A stretch of 63,520 nt of DNA, the filler included, from Welwitschia mirabilis (Eukaryota), in the NCBI GenBank assembly GCA_051453625.1. It is 7 parts of one record of this genome, joined end to end, with 100 filler letters (N's around TTAATTAATTAA, not from the genome) between each part and the next. Parts side by side here need not be neighbours in the genome. Positions count along the whole stretch, not along the records: positions 1 to 21,758 come from JBOZIK010000001.1; 6 more parts are not named here. One strand, 5' to 3'. Below, one piece after another: positions 1-12,960 of the stretch. Position 1 is the stretch's first letter; every line of letters starts with the position of its first letter. A program made the position numbers and the translations under genes. The notes beneath the pieces are model-generated. The model was not told where the DNA came from and ran no database searches. It saw only the letters and a program-made list of their open reading frames with translations.

Positions 1-199
1 CAAAATAACCTAGAAATAAATTATAGGTAAATATATAATATTAATATGATTTGTTTTTCTTAGAATATAGAAATTATAATAATGGAATGAGTAGAATTTG
101 GTCCTAGGTTCCATTGTATCTATCATGTAAAAATATTAAAGAAAAAAGGAAGTGAAAAAAATGATGCTTAATTAGAGTAAGAGAAAAGAGGATGTCACA
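1..199 (+). repeat. 3' end of the 5' LTR of the Tekay-like element
   Basis: Homologous to 7212-7409, ends in CA and is followed by a PBS-like sequence. Confidence 0.85.
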
Positions 200-202
200 A
201 AT

Positions 203-215
203 TAATATTACAGCC
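203..215 (+). promoter_or_regulatory. Decayed PBS (tRNA-iMet)
   Basis: taatattacagcc vs canonical tggtatcagagcc, 3 nt after the LTR end. Three of the four mismatches are transitions. Confidence 0.65.
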
Positions 216-1160
216 CTAAGTTAACTTAAATAATACTTATGTAAAGTAGTTATAAATTTATAAGAATATAAATCAAATTACATTTTTAACAACCTTTCTC
301 CTTAATAATCATAAAGTTACTATTAACCATAACAACCTTAATTCCTAGTAGCTATAAAATTGATTATTCCTATGATAATCTTAAACCATGAGTAAAATCA
401 TTTATATCCTTGATAATACTATATTCTAAGATAGCTTTAACTCTTAGAGAAGCATGAATTTAATCATATCTTTTAGTAGTCATAAATTTTATTATACATA
501 AAATTTTCCTACTCTTTAAATAGACACCAAATTATATTTATGTTAATTCCAATAATTATACAGATTACACTAATCATAATCTTAGCACCCTTATAATCCT
601 AGAAGTTGATTATATTTGTGATACCTCAAAGTATTCATAATATTAACTATAATTGCAACCCCTATATGATCATATTATGCTAATCATATTTATGATAATT
701 CTAAATCCCTAAATAAACTAAAAAGAATGACGAATTCAAGTTATTAAAGACTCTATTACCTCATAGCTATAGATGATAATAAGTTAGAAGAATTCCAATT
801 CTCCTAATAATTTAAAACAATGACCTTATATGATACCTTTAGAAGCTTAATCTTTTGNNNNNNNNNNTAAATAGATACCCTTGGAAATAATTAAATCTCT
901 AACCAAGTTATTCATCCTAAATTACATGGTCACATAAATTTAAAGTGAAAATTCATATTCATAACTTATAAACTTTATCTATTAAAAATAAAGTAAAGGG
1001 GTAAACTTGACTAAGTACTTTAAGATATAAATAAGGACACATCACATCATAATGATAACTATGTCCTTCCTAAGATTATAAAAATTTTTCTAATTTTAAA
1101 CTGTAATAATATGTATCTTATTTCTAAATATAATCTCATGAAAATTTTTACTTCTTTCAG

Positions 1161-2210
1161 ATGCCTCATTGTTATTTAAATATTGGGGTTAGTTTAGTTG
1201 CACCAAGTAATTAACATCAAGAGAATTCATAAGAGAGTCAACAAGTGAATGGTGAAAATCAACCCCCATTCAACCCCCATTCAACCTTAATCTAAAAGAA
1301 TTCCTATTACAAATAGTAAATAAAGGTCAAAACCCATAAGTAAATAATGGTATTAATCAACCTAAGGAAGTGGGTATGAAGAAATTAATTCAAATGTTTA
1401 CTATGATAAATCTACCAAAGTTTTTGAAAGGTTCAAAACATTTTAAATCAGAATCATGTCTAAGTGATGTTTAAAAATTTATAGGTACCTTAGCATGTGA
1501 TGAATACAAAAAGGCTTCCTTAGCTATTTATATATTACAAAGAGTAGCTAATGTATAGTAAAAAATAGAAATGGCCAAGTTAGAAGATCTAAAACTTTTT
1601 TGGAGGCAATTTGAGCACATCTTTAAGGAGTGGTATATCACCAAGTTCTTTATTTACTAAAAGATTTACAGAATTCTACAATCTAAGACAAACTCATAAT
1701 TTGACCATAGCATCTCATAATTGCAAATTTGTAGAATTATTAATATATGTATCACATATGCATCTAGATGAAGACACTCAAGCAAATTTCTTTATTAGTT
1801 GTATTCTCCTTTCTATTGCTATTAAAATATTCATGTTTTAACCTAAGAGTCTAGTAGAGATTATAAAAAGGCAAAAATATCAAAACAAAACTAATAAAGA
1901 CAATACAAAATTAAGAAAAAAATTCCTCCATAAGGGCATATGCTTAAGGGAAATCGATTATAAATGTTTTATCAAAATAAGAATTGGCACTTCAACAAAA
2001 ATAATGTCAGTAGTAGTAATATCAAAAATAGGAATTTTAATTAACCAAAGTAAACTCCATTCAAAAGAAACTGCAATATTTCTAGTTAAANNNNNNNNNN
2101 CCATTACATAATAAAAGCCTTCTCAAATAACAACCAAAAAAACCTTAAGGATTAAAAAGTATCCTTTAATCAATAGGACGTCTTCGAGCAGTAGTACATA
2201 AGCAAGGGGT
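1161..2210 (+). pseudogene. gag: Degenerate Tekay gag
   Basis: Frame fragments NLPKF..G, LAIYILQRVANV** (WW decayed to TAG TAA), WRQFEHIFKEWYI, a CCHC remnant around the 10-N gap (NCNIS...HYI) and a gag-end GRLRAV motif. Confidence 0.75.
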
Positions 2211-2235
2211 GTAATTTTAAAGTGCTTTCATAAAA

Positions 2236-2402
2236 GGTGGAATTAGATTATTCAACTAGAAAGAAGCCAAAAGAAGTGCTAGGATATCAATTTACAAAAC
2301 AAAGAGATCCATCAAGTGAAGACAAAGTACAGTGATCATAATCTTGATGAACCTACTTGGGAGCTAGAGAAAATAATGAAAAATTAATATCCAAATCATT
2401 TT
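2236..2402 (+). pseudogene. Integrase C-terminal chromodomain remnant
   Basis: VELDY...PKEVLGYQ, then NKEIHQVKTKYSDHNLDEPTWELEKIMKN*YPNHF, matching the Tekay chromodomain pattern (K.I..VKV.W.NH..EEATWE.E..M...YP.LF). Confidence 0.8.
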
Positions 2403-2473
2403 AAATCTCTTAATATGTAGTTAGATGTTCTCAAGCTTTTTATTTATCTTGATTTCTAGTAGTGAATTAGTCT

Positions 2474-2486
2474 AAGTGGGGAAGAA
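2474..2486 (+). promoter_or_regulatory. Polypurine tract
   Basis: aagtggggaagaa immediately before the TG LTR start. Confidence 0.8.
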
Positions 2487-5400
2487 TGTCATATCCCATA
2501 TTTTTTAAACCTTATTTACTTGAATGTTAAGTACATTAAACTTTTAGTAAAATAATTAATTATCCTTATTTAAATTTCTTATCAAAATTAGATGTCATTT
2601 TAAATTAACATTAGTTTGTAACTTTTATAATTTATCATGAAAATTTAAAAAAAAAAATGTTAGAAGGTTTTTATAAGGAAATCTATCCAAACATTTAAAG
2701 TTAGATAATCCCATTATATGATAAAATAAAATCACATGATAAAACTAAAAAATTAAAAATTTCAAGTGGAAATAATAATATATTTTGCATCTTATTTATT
2801 CATCTAGATTCTTGGTAAATATAATAGTTATACTATATTATGAATAAATATTTTCTTGCTTATATTATGTGATTGATAGATTTTACGCATTTAGAAATAA
2901 ATAAGTATTTTAACAACTATATGCACTCTTACCTAGAACCAAGAATGCTAAATGAGTAGATTTACTCTATCATTACTTTTATGTTTTTGAGATGTCTAAG
3001 GGCACTTGGTTTATAGAATACTCATTGTTTTATTCATTGGAATTGAAGAGTTTATCTCATTATGACACATTACAATTTTGAAATTTGTGCATTTATTCTT
3101 TGATGCATGTTGTAGATGAATTAAACTTACTTATGATCTTCTGAAGGATTAAGAAAAGCTAACATGAGGAAATGATGCATGTAATTAACCTTGTTAATTA
3201 AAGCATGATGATTACTCACCTTATTTAGGCACATGAGTCATAAATATAATCTCATTTGTACTCAAATGTTACTAATTATTTATCCCACTTATCAATGCTA
3301 AATCATGTGATCTTGAGCTATGTGCCTTTGTTTATCCATACATAGAGATCTTTTCCTCTCTTTTAAGAGCAAGTACTTTCTTTTTTTCATACAAGTGCAT
3401 TTCTTATTTTCTTTATCTCTCTTTCTTTCATTCTCTTTCTTATGGATCTTGGAGCTTGGAAGCTTGAAGCTAAGGAACTTTTGATCTTGAATCTTCATCT
3501 ATCTTTAACTATCAAGGTATTATTAATCTTCCTAGGTAAGCTCTTTACTCTTATTATCCATATAATCTCTTTTATCTATTGGAATGATGTGATATTACAG
3601 TAGGGAATTATTTATGGCTTTTATACAATTATGTTGTAAAATATTATTATAGTGAGATGTGAGGGGTCTTTTGTATTTGGTGATAGAGGATTACTAATGG
3701 ATGCTTATGGCCAAGCGGCCAAGGGGTTCACTATATTTAAAAATAAAAATTAGTATTCATGTTTATTTAATATTATATTTTGTTTTATTTATTATGCATT
3801 AGAACAGGAAAAAAGTCTGATCCTAAAAATTCTCTTTAGATTAGCACTCTTTCATGAAAATCCAAGGTTCATAATAAATGGTTTTTTTTAATTGATTTGA
3901 TTTTTATTTCTATGATGATTTGAATCAATAGCTTAGTTAAGATATTATATATGTAATTAGTTAGTATATCCATTATTTTACTGATCTAAGTTATTGCTTA
4001 AGTAGTTGTAGAAACTTTATCATACTTCTGTTATGGCAAAAATTAAATTTTTAAAATAGAGGCATAGGATAGAAACACCATTAATTAGTAGGTATAAATT
4101 AGTAAAAACTTTTTAGGATTATGTTATAAGTGTGAAAATATAAAAACAGTAATTTTTTTGAACGGTAATTATTTTTAAAAAATTTACTTGTTAAAATACA
4201 TTAGAAAATAAATGCAGAAAATAGTAAGCAAGTAATTTACATTTCTATACCAATGTGTTAAAATATCTCAAACATGAACATCCTAATTTGTAAGAAATTA
4301 AATAAGAATTCTAAAACATCTCGAATCATTTAGATACTTAAAGTATTTTAAAAGTTATGGCCATTTTAGTGAAGTGTAGTAGGACTTTAATTCTAGAAAA
4401 TTTGGTAGTACTTAACCTTAAATAATAACCTTAAAAATAATATTTTTAGAATTCCAAGATAGTTTAAGTTAGATTTTAAGAATGTGTCTAGTTTTTAAAA
4501 AATTACTATAATTTATGTTTTACTTCATAATTAATTAATTATTCATTTTTAACTATGATGTCTCCTTAGAGTCCAAAAAATGTTATAATTAATATTTCAA
4601 ATTATAGAAGACTTATTACACAAAATTTCATATGAAAATTAAGTATATAAAATTTGTTTATATTGGTAAAGTTATGTAAAATTATCTATAAGTGGTATTT
4701 ATTTGTAGAAATACCTCTTTCACCATTTTTCTTAGCTCACTTTGAATATATATACATGTAACAATTTTCACCTTAGTAGCTTAAGTAACATAAGTAGTCT
4801 CTAGTTATCATTTTTTTATTGACTTATAATATAGTCATATGAATATTAGATAAAGATTTAGATCTTAAAAATTATTCTTGAGCTATACTTTTTGTTGTTT
4901 ACATTCTTTGCACCAATTCATCGAGATTGTCATATGAGTATAGTAGAATGTTTCTAAGATTGATAAAGCTTTAGGTATGTTTTAGTTTCTCTAAGTATAT
5001 TTTTAAGATGTTATTTAATACATTTTAAATATTTTTTATTATTATTGTAAGAAAAAGAAAAGAATATTTCCTTATTTAGATATAAAAGAAAATAATATTT
5101 CATTTATTTAGATTTTTATTATTATAATCCTGAATATAGAAATGTTTTTGTATGCTTGCTTTCTTTTTATTGTTATTTCTATAAAATGAACCAAATGATG
5201 ATTAGAATTATTATAACTAGGTAAATAATCTGTTAAATATCCATATTAGTTAGAATTGTTTGTATGCATTTATGTGGTGTATTCATCGAATAGGACTAAG
5301 TCAAGGTAATTCTGATAATGTTCATCTTCACACTTGGATTTCATTATGAAGGTAGGTTGCATTGCCTTTTTTTATAATATAGTTTGGAAGTGGATTTAAT

Positions 5401-7409
5401 AATTTCTATCCTACCCTTCCCATGTATGAACTTACTTTGACTTGGTATCTCAAGCCCTTGACATCGATGGATCATTTTGCACCATCTGGAAATGCTTCAA
5501 GGAAACATGGGTCNNNNNNNNNNNNNNNNNNNNNNNNNNNNNNNNNNNNNNNNNNNNNNNNNNNNNNNNNNNNNNNNNNNNNNNNNNNNNNNNNNNNNNN
5601 NNNNNNNNNNNNNACCTATATGTTAATATATATACAAACTTGAGCATCTTAAGTTTTAGGAAATTGAATAATTTTCCAAATCATCTTGAATAATATAAAA
5701 AATCAAAGTATTTTAAAAGTTATCTTCATTTCAGTGAAGTGTAGTAGGACTATAATTTTAGAAAATTTGACAATCTTTAACTTTAAATGATAACATTAGA
5801 AATAATATTTTTAGAATTCCAAGGTAATTTAAGTTAAATTCTAAGAATCCTATTATATGTTTAGTTTTTAAAAAACTACTTAATTTATTTTTTATTTTAT
5901 AATTAATTAATGATTGATTTTTAACTATAATGTCTTCTAAGAACTCAAAAATATTATAATTAATGTTTATAATAATAGAAAAATTATTACACAAACTTTT
6001 ATAGGGAATCTGAGTACATAAAACATGTTTCTATTAGGAAATTCAAATTAAATTATTTATAAGTAGTATTTATTTGTAGAAATATCTATTTTACCCTTTT
6101 TCTTTATCTTACTTTAAATGTGCATGCATGTAAGAGTTTTTACCTTAGTAGTTTAAGTAATATAAGCAGTCTCTAGCTTATGTTTTTTTTCATTGACTTA
6201 TAATGTAGTCATGTACTGGATAAAAATATATATCTTAATAATTATATTTTAGCTATACTTTCTTTGTTAACCTTCTTTGCACTAATCCATGAAGATTGTC
6301 ATATGAGCATGGAAGAATGTTTCTAGGATTGACATAGCTCTAGGTATGTTTTAGGTTTTTTAAGTATATAATACATTTTAAATATTTTTATTATTATTGA
6401 ATGAAAAGAAAAGAATATTTCTTTCATTTATATATAATAGAAAAGAACATTTCCTTTATCTAGATTTTCATTATTATAATCTTGAATATAGAAATGTTCT
6501 TGTACGCTTGCTTTTTTTAATAGTTGTTTCTATAAAATGAATAAAATGATAATTAGAATTATTATAACTACATAAATAATCTATTAAATAAATAGATTAG
6601 TTAGAATTTTTTACATGCATTTGTATGGTGTATTCATTAAACAAGATTAAATCAGGATAATTGTAGTAATGTTCATCATCGCACTTGGATTTCATCACCA
6701 AGGTGAGTTTCATTGAATTTTTTTTTTTATAATACCATTCTAGAATTGGATTTAATCGTCACTCTTTTATCCTACCAATGTATGAACTCACTTTGACTTA
6801 ATATCTTGAGCCCTTTCCGTTAATGGATCATGTTGCACCATACGAAGATGCTTCAAGGGAGTGGGGTCATTTATAAGCATACATCCACTTCACATACTAC
6901 CTATTACTTGTATTGATAGTATATGAGATGAAGTAAAAACCTATAGAGTTAACCCTAGCTATATTTATATAGTTTAGAATCTGACATAGAACCAACTCAC
7001 ATCTAGAGGATGGCTAGATATTGAGTTTCAATTCCATTAACTGGAGTTGTAATCTTATATTATATTGGTTAGGTATTATCCTTAAAACTTATCCATGTAT
7101 GTTGGCAATAAGTTTACATCTCCATAACCATTCACAAGATATCTTTTATGTGATGAAAAACTAGGAAGAAATGGAGGACACAAACTCATGACATCACTAC
7201 TTTTTGTAAACCAAAATAATCTAGAAATTAATTATAGGTAAATACATAATAATAATATAATTTATTTTTTTAGAATATAGAAATACTAATGAAGGAATAA
7301 GTAGAATTTGGTCCCAAATTCCCTTTTGTCTATTAGATAAAACTATTAAAGAATAAATGAAGTAAACAAAAAAGTGCTTAATTAGGATAAGAAATAATAG
7401 GGTGTCACA
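2487..7409 (+). repeat. Long 3' LTR of the Tekay-like element (contains a gap and a diverged ~1.2 kb internal duplication)
   Basis: TG...CA ends. ~4270-5513 is repeated at ~5640-6870 across the 100-N gap. Confidence 0.7.
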
Positions 7410-9007
7410 CTATAAGTACATCCACATTCTCATCTTTTAATAGGCATAATTAGTTCCATTAAAGAATGAAGGTCTGATAGATGGCATCCCTTCTCAAGTT
7501 TACTCAAGGATGTTATCTCTTTTCATAAGCACTCACTCTGATATCACTTAAGGATCATTGAACTCAGAGGAAAGGGGTAAATGAGTTGTATTAAAAATAA
7601 ATTTAATCAAAAAAAAATTAAAATTGTATAATGAATACATTAATAGATTAACATGATTCTCCAACCTCAAAATCTTCATGCACAGAGGATAGCTTCCTCT
7701 CACACCTCTAAATATTCTTAACCTATAAAAAACCTTACATATAATAGAAATGCTCCTCTCAAGATAACACTTTCTTTCCCTCAAGGATATTTAAAATACA
7801 ATAGCAAAAATATGCTCATAAGCACTAACATAATTTGAGATTATTATTCCAAGGTAGTACTCCCTTTCCTCAAAGATATCCAAAATCAAAATGTGCTCAT
7901 AAGCAACTCATAAAGGCACATCCATACAAGAGTTACCTTATAATATGGAACCCTAGCAAGGGATCTTATGATTTAATATAAAAATTAAATTATAATAATA
8001 GTATTAAAAAATCTAACAGTCCTACAATGTAAGTTCCAATAAAAAAAGACAACAAATAAAACAATAAGCCTAAAATGATGTGTTTTTGATGAAGAGTTTG
8101 AGTTCTTTCTTATTATCATCACCCACAAGTGCTAAAGATTAGAGGATGCATATTTGTAGGAGATAATGATCAAATAATGTAGTAACTTGATATTCCCTTA
8201 GCTTGAAAGATTTATGAATAGAACTAATCACCCATGCATTTTTTGCATTGTGAAAACCTCGTTTTCTTCTCTCTTTATTCCTTTATATTTTTGATGTTGT
8301 TCTAGTTATTTTCTTAAAGAGATAGATGTTTGAAGATATGTAATTACCATATAATGGATGGAAATGGTAGAGCGTTGGAAGTGCAATGGCTATTTTATTT
8401 TTTTGCAAACTTTTGGAATTGACATCTTTAAGATGGTAGATATTTCCTGTTAGGTAGACGTCTTTAACATGAGAAGCGTGTTTAGTCAAATTATCCTAAT
8501 TTTGATGAAACTTAAACTGCATTTTCTCTAATCCTTATTGATTATAAATTCAAGATGTCAAACTTGATTGCTTCTTTAAGATATGGATAATTCATCAAAA
8601 TGCATTTTATATTTAAGTCCTCTTCTAACTCAATATAGATGTCTTCAACTATGTGGATGTCTTTTAGTAGTTAAAGTGGTATAGACATCTTCAATTTAAT
8701 ACACGTATTTCATCTATCTCATGTTCTTACTTTAGCATAGACATCTTTAAGTAGTAGATGTCTTTTCCATAAATGTATTCAAATGTGAAAAGGTCTTCCG
8801 CATAGATGTCTTTAATTGTGTAGACATCTTTTTTTAATTATGATTTGGTAGTTATGAAATCTAAGCTGAACTTTTTATGTACTATGAACTTTGAGGTCTT
8901 ACTTGGATTGATGATTTCATGATCTATTTTTCTCTAATTAATCCTTTCTACACAATAGCATAATGTATTTGATAAGTGAAATTATCAAAACTATATTTTT
9001 ACCAACA
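7410..9007 (-). mobile_element. Sirevirus (SIRE) copy B: 5' LTR (7549-9007), PBS and gag start, cut by the Tekay insertion
   Basis: On minus, the LTR starts tgttggtaaaaatatagttttgataat. PBS actctgatatca at 7535-7546 (+). Gag N-terminus EGMPSIRPSFFNGTNYAY*KMRMWMYL ends at the Tekay LTR (7410). Confidence 0.8.
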
Positions 9008-10975
9008 ATTGTAATCTAAAAATAGGAGAAAAGGTTTCTTTGAAATCAATACCTTCCATTCAAGTATAACCTTGTGTTATAAACCTTTCTCTCTTTCTTA
9101 TAACTTGAGATTTTTTATTTATCTTGTTCTTTAATATCCATTTGCTACTAATAATATTGTGATTACTTGATCTAGGAACAATCTTCCACACTTTACTCTT
9201 CTTGAACTATTTAAGTTCTTCTTACATAACATTGACCCAACATTCATCTTGTTTCACTTCCTCAAAAGATTTAGGTTCTAAGGTTTAAATGAATTAAATG
9301 TTTTCACAAATTAAGCTTCTAGTTTTTACTTTATCAAATACATTACCAATTATAAACTTAATATAAAGATCTTTGGGAACAATTATTTCTTTAGAAGTTG
9401 AGATTTCTTTGTAAAGGAAGGAAGGTGAAGAAGTATAAGTTTGTCCATTTGATTTAATTCTGTCAAATATTAAATCTACTCCATCATCATCATCATTTTC
9501 ATTATTTTAAAGACTTTCATCCATCTTCGCATGAATAAATTCTTCAACTCTACTTGAATTTGGATTGAACACTTGATAGGCTCTACTAGTTTTAGAATAT
9601 TCAAGAAAAATTCCTCTTAAAGATTTAAAATAAACTTCTTTATCACATCATCATTTTTAATATATAATATTTACTACTAAATATTTTTAGAAACATTTGG
9701 CGTATTTTCTTTCCACATTTCATAAGAAGATTTGGTTGTACCAAGTCTAGAAAAAGAACGGTTGGATATATAGTAAGCAGTGTTGAGTGTTTTAGCCAAA
9801 AATCTCTTTTCTATATCCTTTTATTGAGGCATAGTTCTTGTTATTTCTTGAAGAACTCTACTCTTTATTTCAACAAGACCATTTTGTTATGGATTTCTTA
9901 TGGCAAAAAACTCAGAGATACACTTTTCTTCTTATACCATTCATTAAAAGATTTAATTTAAATTCTCATCTGTGATCACTTCTAATCCTTTTAATGTTAT
10001 GCCTAGTTTTATCTTCTAGTCTATTGTATAATATTTGAAATTTTTAAAGTTTCTTAAAAATATAATCAAAGTGAATATAGTATAAATATTAATCACAACT
10101 AAAACATATTTGTTTTCACCAAGACTTTCTATAGGGGTAGGGCCTATAAGATCAAGATGAAGTAAACCTGGAGAACATTGAGAAGATACTTGATTAATTT
10201 TAAAGAATCTCTTTTTAGATTGTTTTCTTAATTAATAATCTCTATATAAATCTTCTTCTACTTTGTCTATAGTAGTAATTTCCTTAAAAATATTGTACTT
10301 AGAGATATTATAGAGGTTCTTATAGTTAACATGACTAGGACATTTGTATGACAGTTTACTTTCTTTGAAAGAAAAACAAGATTGATTTTTATTATGCATT
10401 AATTACGAATAGAATAAACTTTTTTATTCCTATCACTANNNNNNNNNNNNNNNNNNNNNNNNNNNNNNNNNNNNNNNNNNNNNNNNNNNNNNNNNNNNNN
10501 NNNNNNNNNNNNNNNNNNNNNNNNNNNNNNNNNNNNNNAGAGATATTATAGAGGTTCTTATAGTTAACATGACTAGGACATTTGTGCGACAATTTACTTT
10601 CTTTGAAAGAAAAACAAGATAGATCTTTATTATGCATTAATTACTAATAGAATAAACATTTTTATTCCTATCACTAGATAAAACAATCCTTTTAATGTCT
10701 AAAACATGATAATTTAAAGCATTAAAAAGAATAAACATATCTTTATCACAAATTTGGCTAATGCTAAGGAGGTTTTTCTTTAGTCCATTAACATAGAGGA
10801 CATTATGTATAGTTGGAAAGTATTTTTCACATATTGTGCCAATGCCTTCCAAAATAGGTTTTTCATTATTTCTAAATTTTATAGCCCATATGTTGCAGTT
10901 GGTCCATGTTTGTGAATCTACTAGCGTCTCTAGTCATGTATCTAGAGCATCCACTATCAAAATACCAATGAATAT
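9008..10975 (-). pseudogene. pol: SIRE-A pol (protease, GAG-pre-integrase, integrase, RT N-terminus)
   Basis: WYFDSGCSRYMT; NVLYVNGLKKNLLSISQICDK; LLHLDLIGP; LRSDHR*EF; NGLVEIKSRVLQE; TQGYT*MEGIDFKETFSP. Many stops. Confidence 0.9.
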
Positions 10976-11899
10976 CGTTAGTGGTAGATAATACAATATG
11001 AATCCAAAGACTGTTATGAGTATTTTTATTGCTCTATTTAATGTTAAATTTAGGTATTTTATTGATAAATTGATTACTAAGTAAAGTTCCAAATCAAGAA
11101 AATACATTAATTTATGACAGTTAAGTTTAGTATGTCCAAACCTATCAAAGAAATAACATATGAGAAATTTCTTTTTTTGTTTTTTGATAAATTTAACATT
11201 TTAAGACCTTTACCCTTGAAAGATTGAGAAGATATGCTAGATGGGTCTAACATAAAGGTAAAGGAGAGATGCAACATATCTAAGGCCACTCTTATCATTA
11301 GGTGCTTATTTCTTGTAAAGCATAGATTCTAATGGCCTGTTACTTATGTAAAAGTTTAATATAATTTTATTCAAAACATTAATTTTTAAATGTAGACACT
11401 TACATTTATTTTTCCTTGCTTTAGCAAGATCTTATAATTGATGAATTTCTTTCTCGAATTATTCCATTTCGAGTACCAAATTCTTTCTTGCAATTTCTAA
11501 ATTAGAAGTTAGTTAGCCCTTTTCTTGTTTACATGGAGCTATTCTATGTTTCAAGATAGTGTTATTTTTTAGAATCCTTTTGCTTTCTCCAAATAGCACT
11601 TTCTAGGCATCAATTAACCTTTCATCCTCCTCCTTATCATCTTTCTCAATATCTCTTATTCCTTGCTCAAGGTATGTAGGTTCATCCTTTTTAATGTTTA
11701 AGAACTAATCTTCATCATCATCATTTTTTACTTCATCTACACTATTTAAAACATCTTCCAAGTCTAATTAATAGGATTTAGATAAATCTAATTCAAAACC
11801 ATCATTTAACCTAGTGATTATAGCCAAGTTAAAAGAGTTAAAAGCCATGAGGGATAGTATTAGTGTCTTGAGAGTCTGCTTTATTTGATTCATTGCTAT

Positions 11900-12890
11900 C
11901 CACAATATTCATGTTGCATTTTTTTCTAAAGTTCTTTGATGTATTGTTCTTCCTATTATTTAGACACTCAGCTATCATGTGCTCAAATCCTTTATGAGCA
12001 TGAAATTAGATTCCTATTTCTTTAGAGTTGTTCTTTGGTCTTGAAAAGAATGTGCCATGTTCCCTCCTATCTCTTAATTTCTTTCTTGTTAAAATTTTCT
12101 TGAATTTTCTAGTGAAGAAAGCTAATCCTTCATCCATATCAAAATCAGAATTAGAAGAACTACAACTAGAAGACTCATCTTTAAAAGTACATTTTGAAGA
12201 AGAAACTTGTTTAGCATTGAGAACCATACCTTTGCCTTTTATACCTTTTTGGAGATGTCTTAACTCAAAGGTCAAGATGTTACTTGCTAATTCTTCAAGC
12301 TTGATGTTTTTAATGTTCTTTATATCTTCAATTAATAGAACCTCGTTTTCATAAGCTTTGGTAGGAACCTTAAGGTATTATTAGTAATTTAACTTAATTC
12401 AAAAGTTTTCCCACGTCCCCAAAGCCCATTGACGATGTCCATCAGTTTATTATTTAATTTGGTAAAAGTTTCATCATCTTGCATATGAATTTCCTTAAAC
12501 TATGTCATAAGCATTTGCTTTTTTATCTTTTTAATTTAATTTATTCCTTTATATGACACCTATAAATAATCTGATATATCTTTTGTAGTATAAAAATTTC
12601 TTACATTTTTATAATCTTTTGCATTGAAACCATAGTAAATAGAATTCATGGCCTTCTTATTAAGCATACTTTGATCTTTCTATTTTTCTTTCCATGTGCT
12701 CCTTACCTTCACCATAAAATTTATGATTCTATTACCTATATGAGGCTCTATTAGAGGAGTTAATCATTCTTCAACTATAGTCCAATACTTAAAGCTCATA
12801 GATTCAATGAACACTTGCATCCCTATCTTTCAAAATTCGTAGTTGTAATTGTTAAAGTAGAGAGAAAGATTGATTGGTTGACATTCCATG
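11900..12890 (-). pseudogene. gag: SIRE-A gag with zinc-knuckle remnant
   Basis: ORF 12006-12275 (TFELRH...KGKGMVL...LAFFTRKFKKIL), knuckle ...GFEHMIAEC and a SIRE-type N-terminus. Confidence 0.85.
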
Positions 12891-12960
12891 ATTATAACCC
12901 TAGTTGAGAAATTAAATTATAGCCCAAAAAAATTCCTTTTTCCAAGTCTTTGATACTAAT

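Larger units (their letters stand above)
1..7409 (+). mobile_element. Non-autonomous Ty3/Gypsy chromovirus (Tekay/Del-like), 5' LTR truncated by the window edge
   Basis: 1-199 aligns to ~7212-7409 and both end in (g)tgtcaca. A decayed tRNA-Met PBS follows 199, then gag and chromodomain remnants, a PPT at 2474-2486 and an LTR start tgtcatatccc at 2487. Confidence 0.85.

Noticed and set aside
12028..12354. Plus-strand ORFs such as 12028-12354, 55454-55795 and 25300-25536 as host genes
   Set aside because: They are antisense shadows of retroelement sequence.
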